A stretch of DNA of 64,000 bases, taken from NCBI GenBank assembly GCA_964583685.1, contig CAZOVJ010000001.1, positions 132,033-196,032 on the forward strand. The letters run 5' to 3'. Shown piece after piece: positions 19,517 to 29,719 of the stretch; the first letter of the stretch is position 1, and the number at the start of each line of letters is the position of its first letter. A model generated the notes under the pieces. The model made no database searches. It was not told where the DNA came from and saw only the letters and a program-made list of their open reading frames with translations. The DNA is from an uncultured Gammaproteobacteria bacterium. Its GTDB lineage: Bacteria > Patescibacteriota > Microgenomatia > UBA8517. A program made the translations under genes and the position numbers.

Positions 19517-20497
19517 ATGAGACAGAAAACCATTGTTCTCACCAGTTTATCTATTCTTATAGCCGCCGCTTTCTTTCTTGTTTTCTATTTTCCATTCCGG
19601 CCACCTGAGAAGGAGTCAGTTGAAAAGCAAGTATTTGTAGTTGGCCTCAAGGCTACTGAACAGGAAATAGTTCATAAATTATATGATCAAGGATTTATTA
19701 GGAGTATGAAGGCATTCAATTTTTGTTTAATCATAAAAGGTGGACAGGGAAAAATGGAACCAGGAGGATATTGGCTATCTAAAAACATGAATGCTTGGCA
19801 AGTGGCCAAGACAATGATTCAATCTCCGGCCATGAAGTGGGTAATTATTCCTGAAGGCTGGCGAAAAGAAGAAATCGGAGAGGAGCTAGCAGAAATCTTA
19901 GGTTGGAGCGAGGATGAATTGGAAAAATGGAATGACGTTTACACGAGAATGAAATTTGATTACATCGAAGGCGTTTATTTTCCCGATACCTACCTCATTC
20001 CAGTTGATGAGAAGGGATTGGAGGTTGCCCAGCGGATGACCAACCGGTTCAATGAAAAATTTGCTCCCTACTTCAACAGATTCCTGGAACAGGATATCAA
20101 GTGGGCGACGGGCCTGAAAATTGCCTCGTTGATTCAACGCGAAGCAGCCGGGCCAGAAGATATGCCCCTCATTGCCAGTATTCTCTGGAACCGTCTTTTA
20201 GAGGAGATGAAACTGGAAATTGATGCTACTCTTCAGTATGCCAAGGGCAAGACGGAAAGTGGCTGGTGGGCACTAGTAAAACCTGAAGACAAGAAAATAG
20301 ACTCTCCTTACAATACCTATTTATATAGAGGCTTGCCACCCCAGCCTATTTGTAATCCAGGTCTGGCGGCCATTGAGGCGGTCTTGTATCCTGAAGAAAC
20401 AGATTGTTTCTATTATCTCCATGACCCCAGCGGACAAATCCACTGTGCCGAGACCTACCAAGAACACAAAGAAAATATCAAGAACTTTTTACAGTAG
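19517..20497 (+). CDS. mltG: Endolytic murein transglycosylase MltG (YceG family)
   Basis: N-terminal TM and YceG-like core (DTYLIP, ATLQYAKG, SPYNTYLYRGLPPQPICNPGLAAIEAV). Confidence 0.8.
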   Translation: MRQKTIVLTSLSILIAAAFFLVFYFPFRPPEKESVEKQVFVVGLKATEQEIVHKLYDQGFIRSMKAFNFCLIIKGGQGKMEPGGYWLSKNMNAWQVAKTMIQSPAMKWVIIPEGWRKEEIGEELAEILGWSEDELEKWNDVYTRMKFDYIEGVYFPDTYLIPVDEKGLEVAQRMTNRFNEKFAPYFNRFLEQDIKWATGLKIASLIQREAAGPEDMPLIASILWNRLLEEMKLEIDATLQYAKGKTESGWWALVKPEDKKIDSPYNTYLYRGLPPQPICNPGLAAIEAVLYPEETDCFYYLHDPSGQIHCAETYQEHKENIKNFLQ

Positions 20498-20507
20498 CCC
20501 GCGTAAA

Positions 20508-20789
20508 TTAATTTACTATTTTATCTTTACCTGTTTCTACCTTGCCCTCCGTCTTTATTAGTAATTTACCGAGAGTTTCAACAAATTTTTTAGCATGTTC
20601 ACGGCTCATTCCGATCCTTGAGACGATCCGTGCCTGATTTGTGGGCCCCACTCTTTGCATTACATTGAGAATGACTCCATCTGGATTTAATACCATGTTG
20701 ATATTGTCTGTATAGAACACAGGCGTGGTATCAAGGTTTATGCTTATTTGTAGACCTTTTTTCGGAGTTTGAGAGTTTACTTTTGCCAT
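20508..20789 (-). CDS. Hypothetical protein (93 aa), DUF3467-like
   Basis: ORF with good context. Weak resemblance to the DUF3467 family (FYTDNINMVLNPDGVILNV). Confidence 0.4.
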   Translation of the reverse strand: MAKVNSQTPKKGLQISINLDTTPVFYTDNINMVLNPDGVILNVMQRVGPTNQARIVSRIGMSREHAKKFVETLGKLLIKTEGKVETGKDKIVN

Positions 20790-20809
20790 TTCTACTCACC
20801 GCCTTTTCT

Positions 20810-20832
20810 TAAAACTGCCCCGGCGGGCAGTA
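20810..20832 (-). terminator. Rho-independent terminator (GC-rich palindromic element)
   Basis: Minus strand CTGCCCGCCGGGGCAG followed by TTTTAAGAAAAGG, immediately after the stop of the 20932..21477 gene. Confidence 0.45.
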
Positions 20833-20931
20833 ATTCATTATACTTGAAGAAGCAAGAAGATTCTAAGTGCTAAATTTTGCTTGTTTTTCTGCTTTTTAAT
20901 CTTTTAAGAATGACATACCGATACCGGAAGA

Positions 20932-21477
20932 TTATCCATGCTGGTAGGCTAAAAAAATTAGTAAAGGAGAAAGACCGACTGTCCCCTTCCCTGCTGAAGA
21001 TGGCTTTGAAGATGGAAAAGGTGAGGGTTTCGGTGTAGGTACTTTGGTTGCAGCGCCTGCTATTGTAGGTTTGGGGGACAGCCTTGGTGTTTCAGTTGAT
21101 TCCGGTGTTGGGGTAGGGCTGGCAGTCGGTGTCGGACTGGGAGACGGTGTTGCTGTTAGGTTTGGTGTGGGTGTGGGGATAGAAACCGGTGTTGGCGATA
21201 GTGTTGGGGTAGGTGTTGCCAGGATATGGGGTGTTGGTGTAGATGTGGCTGGAGGTGAATAGCCTTGACATTTCACCATTTCAGAGTAATAACAAGATGA
21301 GCCCAACCATCCATCATTGCAGATTACTTTGCCATTAGCTTGGGGCCCACAAGCGCAGCAAACGCCGCCATAGTGTGAACAGCAGCCGCTTACCGCATTG
21401 GCTGTGGAAGAAAAATAAAAAAATGAGTACAGGAGTATTGAAGTAAAAAGAACTAATAATTTAATCCTCTTTTTCAT
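20932..21477 (-). CDS. Secreted cysteine-rich protein with Pro/Thr/Ser-rich linker and hydrophobic C-terminus
   Basis: Signal peptide MKKRIKLLVLFTSILLYSFFYFSSTANA. Then about 10 Cys in 50 aa (CCSHYGGVCCACG...C...C...C), then a TPTPTLSPTP low-complexity linker. The antisense ORF 21044..21262 is an artefact of this repeat. Confidence 0.5.
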   Translation of the reverse strand: MKKRIKLLVLFTSILLYSFFYFSSTANAVSGCCSHYGGVCCACGPQANGKVICNDGWLGSSCYYSEMVKCQGYSPPATSTPTPHILATPTPTLSPTPVSIPTPTPNLTATPSPSPTPTASPTPTPESTETPRLSPKPTIAGAATKVPTPKPSPFPSSKPSSAGKGTVGLSPLLIFLAYQHG

Positions 21478-21493
21478 TCCTTTTTGGGCTGTA

Positions 21494-22357
21494 TTATCCC
21501 AACCCAAAATCTTTCCTTAGAGATTTTTGTTTTGTCAAAGACATGTATAGTTTTTCAACTTTATCTGTAGCAATTACGTGGATATGAGGTTTAAGTTCAT
21601 GGGATGTTCCGGAAAGGAGATCTTTAACCTTGAGTAAACTTTTCTTGTTGGTAATAATGAAAGGCTCACTGTTCCAAAGATCGAAAGCGTGCTTTAATTT
21701 TGAGAGGGCTTGGTGAGGATTTCCGCCAATTTGTACCTCAAAAACTTTAGTTGGTACACCTCTAGCGACTCTTCTCCAAGCAACATCTAGGCGCTCGCCA
21801 TCGAGAGAATATTCTTTTTCGCTTATAAAACGTTCAATTTGGCCGATTTCTACCAATTTATCGCGAATTTGATTATGTAATGATTTTCCTTTCGGTTTCT
21901 CTCTTTGCTCTCTTATCGTTGGAATACTGATATCAAGGTTAAACTTATCAGATAGACGAGCAATTATTTCCCCAACTACTTTCTCATTACTTATTGGATT
22001 AAGCCCTGCCTGTATGCTTACAGGTAAATCTGAGATAGAAAGTGCCTCATCTTGCCACTTTTCAGGAGAAAGAATAGCTAATATTTGAAAGTCGAAGCGA
22101 TAAGGGTAGATTACCTTTTTTGAGCGGATTTCATCAGGCCACAAGGGCTTATCTTGTTTATATTTTGACTCGAGTTTTGCAGTGCCTATTACCCCCTTAA
22201 TGGGAGACTTTGCATAAAAAACTAGCAAATCGCCTTTTTGTAGTTTTTTCCAACGGTTTACTAAAGTCCCTTTCCGTACGCCCCAGACATTTCCACTATT
22301 TAAAGCCGTTTCCCAATTTTCTTCATTACCGGTTAAAATCCAGAGGTTTTTTGCCAT
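21494..22357 (-). CDS. EVE (PUA-like) domain protein fused to a C-terminal nuclease-like domain
   Basis: N-terminal WGVRKGTLVNRWKKLQKGDLLVFYAKSPIKGVIGTAKL matches the EVE domain pattern. The C-terminal 170 aa has a D...EVQ arrangement (RLDVAW...VFEVQIGG) reminiscent of PD-(D/E)XK. Confidence 0.55.
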   Translation of the reverse strand: MAKNLWILTGNEENWETALNSGNVWGVRKGTLVNRWKKLQKGDLLVFYAKSPIKGVIGTAKLESKYKQDKPLWPDEIRSKKVIYPYRFDFQILAILSPEKWQDEALSISDLPVSIQAGLNPISNEKVVGEIIARLSDKFNLDISIPTIREQREKPKGKSLHNQIRDKLVEIGQIERFISEKEYSLDGERLDVAWRRVARGVPTKVFEVQIGGNPHQALSKLKHAFDLWNSEPFIITNKKSLLKVKDLLSGTSHELKPHIHVIATDKVEKLYMSLTKQKSLRKDFGLG

Positions 22358-22480
22358 TACTCCTTATTCTAGCACTACTTATAGTTTAGGAATAGGGGCG
22401 GGGCGCTACCCGAGAGAAAGTGAGAGATTATTCTTTACCTCATTCGTAGAACCAATCCCTACTAGGTTACGTGGATTTGT

Positions 22481-23287
22481 CTATCTTTTTGTCCAGAAAG
22501 TTCGGGTGGATTCGATATAGTCTAAAGAATCTTTGCTTAAATCTGATTTTCTCATTAAGTTCTCATATTCTTCCTTAAGAACTGAGAAATATTTCTCATA
22601 ATTTTCTCCTAATTGAGGTTCTAAATAATAGCTATTATAGCTATAAATTCCCCATGCAACCGGCCTTCCGCGTCCGCCTGATTCTCGAGAAGCTATTTCT
22701 TCGGTTAACTCCCCTTCTCCGGGATATTCGTCAACCACCCCAATAACCTCGGCCAAGCCATCCTTGTCCAAATCTTCAACCATTAAATAATCGGGGCCTC
22801 CCATATAGAATAGACAATCACCAGGCCACTTTTTTTCTTCTGTAAAACAAACAGGAAGAACGCTGTCTTTATGAAGCTCAAAAAACATTCTTTCAAATTG
22901 GTGTGGACCGGCAGTGAAGTCAAAACTGAAAAAATCTCTACTTTCTTCTGAGTCAAGCCGGAAAACCCTGAAAGAATTCATGGCGGGTTGGGGAAAAGTC
23001 ATTCTTTCTGGGGTAGAGCCAATTATTTCTCCCTGGGAGCTATAGGCAACAATTGAAGATACCCTAGAACTGTTTTCGTCAGAATTTAATCCAACGAATT
23101 CTAAATTTCCATCACCATTTAAGTCAGCGGCCATATCCAGTAATTCTTCCTCAAGGCCGGCAATTTGGCTTTCAGGGGGTGAGGTTGGCCTTTGTTTTAA
23201 TAGAGAGAAAATCGTAAATAGAAGGGCGGGAATGATGATAACCAGAAAGGGGGCAATAAGTAAATTTCGCTTTATTCTTTTAATCAC
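22481..23287 (-). CDS. Membrane-anchored protein with FG-GAP/VCBS-like Ca-binding repeats
   Basis: N-terminal TM. DLNGDGNLEFVGL and DLDKDGLAEVIGV are FG-GAP-like motifs. Confidence 0.4.
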   Translation of the reverse strand: MIKRIKRNLLIAPFLVIIIPALLFTIFSLLKQRPTSPPESQIAGLEEELLDMAADLNGDGNLEFVGLNSDENSSRVSSIVAYSSQGEIIGSTPERMTFPQPAMNSFRVFRLDSEESRDFFSFDFTAGPHQFERMFFELHKDSVLPVCFTEEKKWPGDCLFYMGGPDYLMVEDLDKDGLAEVIGVVDEYPGEGELTEEIASRESGGRGRPVAWGIYSYNSYYLEPQLGENYEKYFSVLKEEYENLMRKSDLSKDSLDYIESTRTFWTKR

Positions 23288-23340
23288 AATTCTGGCCGCA
23301 TTATAGCATCTTTATTTCTTTTTTATTCTAGCACTTGAGG

Positions 23341-23628
23341 TTATTTTCGGAGGAGAATTTGTGTCTTCATCCTTTTGCCAGGATCGGCCAGGACAACAAG
23401 ATGATCTGAGATAAGAATGTCTACGCCTCCAGATTCAAAAACAGATACTGGAATTTTTAGGTAACCCTTAGTTATTGGCTCAACGTTATTTAGGATTAAT
23501 TGGGTTAGATAATCAACTAAAACTCTTAGATTTGGGGGAAGAGGTTTTCCTTCGACACTAACGAAAGAGCTGGTGGTAGGATCAAGGGTATAGATGATTT
23601 CCGGTGTTTCTGGCAATAGTTCTTTCAT
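23341..23628 (-). CDS. Hypothetical protein (95 aa)
   Basis: ORF only. Confidence 0.3.
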   Translation of the reverse strand: MKELLPETPEIIYTLDPTTSSFVSVEGKPLPPNLRVLVDYLTQLILNNVEPITKGYLKIPVSVFESGGVDILISDHLVVLADPGKRMKTQILLRK

Positions 23629-23676
23629 AAAAAACTATTATAGGCTAATTGACATGGAATTTCCAGATATGGTAAA

Positions 23677-24420
23677 TTGATGAGCGCCATGGAAAAGAAA
23701 AATCCTTTATTTCACACCATTGTTTTTGCTCTGGTTCTTGTTGGGGTTCTTTTCCTGGCTGCTTATTTTCTTCCCTGGCAAAGGGTTAATTGGGGGAAGT
23801 TGAGCTTTTTGCCAGCTTCAACTGTGACCGTGACTGGCCAGGCCAAGAAAGAGGAAAGTAGCCAGATTGCTAGATTTACGGCCGGTGTGACGGTTAATAA
23901 TGATAACAAGGAAGAGGCAATTTCTGAGGTAAACGAGAAGGTTGGGGAAATTATCCAGGCAGTTAAGGATTTTGGTATTTCAGAGGAGGATATTCAGACC
24001 CAGAATGTCAGTATCAGTAAGCGGGAGGATACTTTTGTAATCAGGGAAGAAATTGGTGAATGGCGGGCAAGCAATTCCATAGAAATTGTTTTGCGCGATG
24101 TTGACAAGGCTTCTGATTTGGCCGACTTGTTGATGAGCTCGGGCGCTACCAATGTCAGCGGGCCGAGGTTTTCTTTGGATGATACCCAGGCAGCTGAGGT
24201 TAGTCTTTTGGAGCAGGCAATTGACAATGCCCGAGAAAAAGCAGAGTCTATTGCCCAGTCTAGCGACAGAATATTGGGTAAGATTATCAGTGTTTCCGAA
24301 GGAGCAAGCCAGCCTATTAGGACTTTTGGAACCCTTGAATTGGCTCCCGGTGGGGCTCCGATTGAGCCGGGAACAGAAACAGTGGCTAAGACAGTAACCG
24401 TTGTCTTTGAGTTGGAATAA
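23677..24420 (+). CDS. SIMPL/DUF541 family periplasmic protein (YggE-like)
   Basis: Signal anchor, then VTVTGQAKKEE...FTAGVTV...NVSISKRED, the SIMPL-domain pattern. Confidence 0.65.
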   Translation: MMSAMEKKNPLFHTIVFALVLVGVLFLAAYFLPWQRVNWGKLSFLPASTVTVTGQAKKEESSQIARFTAGVTVNNDNKEEAISEVNEKVGEIIQAVKDFGISEEDIQTQNVSISKREDTFVIREEIGEWRASNSIEIVLRDVDKASDLADLLMSSGATNVSGPRFSLDDTQAAEVSLLEQAIDNAREKAESIAQSSDRILGKIISVSEGASQPIRTFGTLELAPGGAPIEPGTETVAKTVTVVFELE

Positions 24421-24424
24421 TCCC

Positions 24425-24838
24425 CTAATCTTCTAAGAAAGCCTGAAATGCCTCTTCCTTAGTTTTGTCGTCAATCTCATAGCCGTGTCTAGCAAGTTGG
24501 ACAACAAATACCTCAAAAAGGGTTCTTGTATGCTTTTCAAAACTTGCGCTTTCATCTGCGCTCCCCATCCATGGCTCTATGGCACCCAAACCCAGATTTA
24601 CAGAATAAAGCCAATCTTGAAAAGAATGTACCAGTAACGGGTGTTTGTGAAGTCCAATGTTTAACCAAGGTTTGTCTCTTCCCTCGATGAGTTGATTAAT
24701 TATCTCATGTGGCATCCTATAACCTCCTTCGTGTACAAGCTCAGTAATTTTTTCTATTCTTATTCGTATAGAATTTTCATGGTTTTCAGCGCCCTGTTCT
24801 TTTGACATATTGTTATTATAAAATAGGCTCAACCACAA
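24425..24838 (-). CDS. Hypothetical protein (137 aa)
   Basis: ORF only. Confidence 0.3.
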   Translation of the reverse strand: MWLSLFYNNNMSKEQGAENHENSIRIRIEKITELVHEGGYRMPHEIINQLIEGRDKPWLNIGLHKHPLLVHSFQDWLYSVNLGLGAIEPWMGSADESASFEKHTRTLFEVFVVQLARHGYEIDDKTKEEAFQAFLED

Positions 24839-24878
24839 AACAATATTATAGGAATATTAATATTCTGTAGGGATTAAT

Positions 24879-25517
24879 TTATGAATTTTGAAGCAGAGAG
24901 GAGTAGAATCTTTGGAATTGGCCAATTGTTGTTTTTTCTCCGTGGCCAGGATAAATAATGGTTTCTTCTGGAAATTTAAGTATTCTTTGAATCGATTTTT
25001 CCAAATCCTTTTTATTGCTGTAAGAAAAATCGGTTCGGCCAATTCCACCTTGACTGAAAATCAAGTCTCCGACAAAGGCAATTTTCTCGCTTTTATTAAA
25101 TAAAGTGATACTTCCGGGCGTATGACCGGGAGTGTGGATGATTTTTAGTTTATGGGCTAAGATCTCCCCTTCTTTTAAAAACCCATCAGGTTTTGGGGCG
25201 GGGCCAGGGTCAAAGCCAGTAAAATATTTGCTAGAGCGGCGCATGTACTTGAGCAAAAATTCATCCTTTTTGTGGAGGAAAAAAGGAATTTTGTATGCCA
25301 GTTTTAGTTCATTGATTGCCAAGACATGGTCAAAATGGCCATGAGTGGCAATAATTTTAATTGGTTTGAGATTATTATCCTCAATTATCCTGATGATGTA
25401 ATCAGCATCATCAGCCGGGTCAATAATAATTGCTTGACCGGTTTTTTTATTAGAAAGGAGATAGCAATTTGTTTGTAGTTGGCCAAGTTCTAATTTGCGT
25501 AGAGCCAACAAGCTCAT
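24879..25517 (-). CDS. MBL-fold metallo-hydrolase (glyoxalase II-like)
   Basis: IIATHGHFDHV and HTPGHTPGS metal-binding motifs. Confidence 0.7.
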   Translation of the reverse strand: MSLLALRKLELGQLQTNCYLLSNKKTGQAIIIDPADDADYIIRIIEDNNLKPIKIIATHGHFDHVLAINELKLAYKIPFFLHKKDEFLLKYMRRSSKYFTGFDPGPAPKPDGFLKEGEILAHKLKIIHTPGHTPGSITLFNKSEKIAFVGDLIFSQGGIGRTDFSYSNKKDLEKSIQRILKFPEETIIYPGHGEKTTIGQFQRFYSSLLQNS

Positions 25518-25519
25518 AA

Positions 25520-26002
25520 TTAGCTGGTGGGGAGCAAAGAGTTTTTGATTTCTCTTTCTGCCTCAGCCCTTTTTCGGAAGTTTTTTACCTTAACCCATTT
25601 TCCGGGCTCCAGGCTTTTGTAATTTTTAAAGAAGTGTTTGATTTCCCTGAGCTGAGCCTCGGGAACATTATTGATGTTTTTATATTTTCCATAGACAGGG
25701 TCAATTTTTTCATCGGGAACACTGATTATTTTAGTGTCAATTCCTCCTTCATCTTCCATTTCCAGGAGACCGATGGGCCGGCATTGCATGACCACTCCCG
25801 GCTCCACAGACTTTTCCGATAAAACCAGAACATCAAGCGGGTCTTCATCCTTTCCTCGAGTGCCTTGAATAAAACCGTAATTGAAAGGAAAAACAATGGC
25901 TGAGTGAAGGAATCTGTCAACTTTTAGTTCTTTGGTTTCTTCATCAACCTCGTATTTGACACTTCCTCCGGCGCTGATTTCGATAAATACTTTAATATCC
26001 AC
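25520..26002 (-). CDS. ppa: Inorganic pyrophosphatase (family I)
   Basis: EDPLDVLVLS and the surrounding family I PPase signature. Confidence 0.85.
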   Translation of the reverse strand: MDIKVFIEISAGGSVKYEVDEETKELKVDRFLHSAIVFPFNYGFIQGTRGKDEDPLDVLVLSEKSVEPGVVMQCRPIGLLEMEDEGGIDTKIISVPDEKIDPVYGKYKNINNVPEAQLREIKHFFKNYKSLEPGKWVKVKNFRKRAEAEREIKNSLLPTS

Positions 26003-26025
26003 ACTATTAATAATACTATTAATAA

Positions 26026-27981
<1,956 letters not shown>

Positions 27982-28030
27982 TTAATTTTACCTTTTTTAG
28001 CCTCAAATTACAAGAAAGAAATTCATCATT

Positions 28031-28648
28031 TTAATCAGCTAAATTAACAATAAAGTTTGTCAGTTGGAGTTGGACATTGCCGTTTGCTTGAAGATTAGCT
28101 AAGGTTTTATTTGCACTTTCAAAGAAGGGTAATAAATCATTTGGCTGCAACAAATTGTTAATAAGCAATCCATGGCCTCCGTAGATGAGATTGGTGATAA
28201 AGTCTATTGCCTCATCCCGGAGATTAATCTTACTGCTAATCATAAATTTTTTGCCAATCGATAATTTTAGAAATTTTTGGGTAAAATCCTCAGCTTCTTT
28301 ATTATTTTTCTGCTTTCCTTTTAAATTGATAACCTGGCAGCGAGAGGCGATTGTTGGTAAAGGCGATTCTTTTGATTTGGCCGTAAGAATATAGAATAAT
28401 TTTTCTTGGGGCTCTTCTAGATTCTTAAGGAAGGCATTTTGGGCCTCTTCGGTTGCTTGGTCTATGTCTTTGATGACTATGGCCGTTTTTTCGCTTAAAG
28501 CCAGCTTGGTAAGATTGGATAACTGACGAACATCGGCTATCTTTAATAGACTAAAGTGAATAATTTTGGCTTTCAGTTTCCGACCTAAAACTTGAATTTG
28601 TTTTTGGAATTTCTCCTGGTCATAGCCGGTAATTAAAAAGGAATTCAT
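28031..28648 (-). CDS. holB: DNA polymerase III delta-prime-like subunit (degenerate, no Walker A)
   Basis: IKDIDQATEEAQNAFLKNLEEP...SRCQVINL matches the delta' box VII and SRC motif. Confidence 0.55.
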   Translation of the reverse strand: MNSFLITGYDQEKFQKQIQVLGRKLKAKIIHFSLLKIADVRQLSNLTKLALSEKTAIVIKDIDQATEEAQNAFLKNLEEPQEKLFYILTAKSKESPLPTIASRCQVINLKGKQKNNKEAEDFTQKFLKLSIGKKFMISSKINLRDEAIDFITNLIYGGHGLLINNLLQPNDLLPFFESANKTLANLQANGNVQLQLTNFIVNLAD

Positions 28649-28654
28649 ATTTTA

Positions 28655-28918
28655 TTATAACTGAGCGAGATGGGTTAATCGCAAACTAACGATAAGGAGT
28701 TGCTCAGCGAAAAAAGGCTGTTTTTCTTTATCCTTTAAGACTTTTTGAGGATTCAAATCGGCCTGGAAATGTTTGATAGTTTGCCATACCTGTTTTTGAT
28801 TTTTGATCGATTTCCAGTAATTCAAAATGATTGGGGTTTTTTCTTTTTGGCCGCGTCCAACCCAGGAGGCAATCCTTCTTAGATCCGAAGCAGTATTTAA
28901 TAAACTAGTTTTGTCCAT
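28655..28918 (-). CDS. Hypothetical protein (87 aa)
   Basis: ORF only. Confidence 0.3.
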   Translation of the reverse strand: MDKTSLLNTASDLRRIASWVGRGQKEKTPIILNYWKSIKNQKQVWQTIKHFQADLNPQKVLKDKEKQPFFAEQLLIVSLRLTHLAQL

Positions 28919-28989
28919 TTTACTTTAATATTTTTTTGGCAATCTTTAAAAATCTCTTCCGTTTCTCTGGATTAAGTATTTCCATACTA

Positions 28990-29646
28990 TCATAGTCTAA
29001 TTTTATCACTAAATCTGGCATTGAACGTAACCTGTTTGCCGTTTTCCTGCCCCCAAACCCATTCCAACCGTTGTTTGATATTTATGCCTTTCTCTTTTAT
29101 TGATTTAACGGCCTCGACTGTTAGTTGAGCTCCCATTAAAAACGGAGCCCTAAGCAAAGTTTCCCTTGGTAGATCAGGCATTTCTTCTTTTAAATAAGAT
29201 TCAAGATGAGAATAAAATTCATCCATCAGGCTATGGTTTCTCTCAGGTAGGGAAAACTGGACGCCAATAAGAGAAGGTTCCTCCGAGTGTAGGGGTTCTC
29301 TCAAAAGAGAAATAAGTTTTGGGGAACTCCATTTAGCAATCCAGCCTGTGGCCTTTCGCGAGCGTCTCACCGCCAAGTAGCAGTTTTCATCAAAAGGATT
29401 GGTTTTATCAAAAGGATTGGTTTCATCAACAGGGTTGAGGAAGCCTTCTTTCTTTCCTAAATGAAGCAAGGCCATTCCCCAGTCTAACACCAAAGCATAT
29501 GCCTCACCGGAATGGCTAACATTTCGATCACTAATTCGTTCTGCCGTGACCATAACGTCTCGGTAATGATTTAACGGCATAGATAGAGAGAATTGGGGCT
29601 TTTTTTCTTTTCGTGCTCTCAAAAAAAATCGTTCTAGAAAAGACAT
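28990..29646 (-). CDS. Hypothetical protein (218 aa) with internal tandem duplication NPVDETNPFDKTNPFDE
   Basis: ORF, divergent from pilB. An 18-nt direct repeat (caaaaggattggttt.atca x2) lies at about 29390-29430. Confidence 0.4.
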   Translation of the reverse strand: MSFLERFFLRARKEKKPQFSLSMPLNHYRDVMVTAERISDRNVSHSGEAYALVLDWGMALLHLGKKEGFLNPVDETNPFDKTNPFDENCYLAVRRSRKATGWIAKWSSPKLISLLREPLHSEEPSLIGVQFSLPERNHSLMDEFYSHLESYLKEEMPDLPRETLLRAPFLMGAQLTVEAVKSIKEKGINIKQRLEWVWGQENGKQVTFNARFSDKIRL

Positions 29647-29719
29647 CGGTTGTTTCTGGCATTGGTATTATAAAGCATTGGCCAATCTCCAGGGCATGGA
29701 CTTGATAAATTACTAGTTT

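Noticed and set aside
21044-21262. Plus-strand ORF encoding a GVGVG-repeat peptide
   Set aside because: It is the antisense reading of the TPTPTP low-complexity linker of the minus-strand Cys-rich secreted protein. It is a repeat-induced artefact with no start context.
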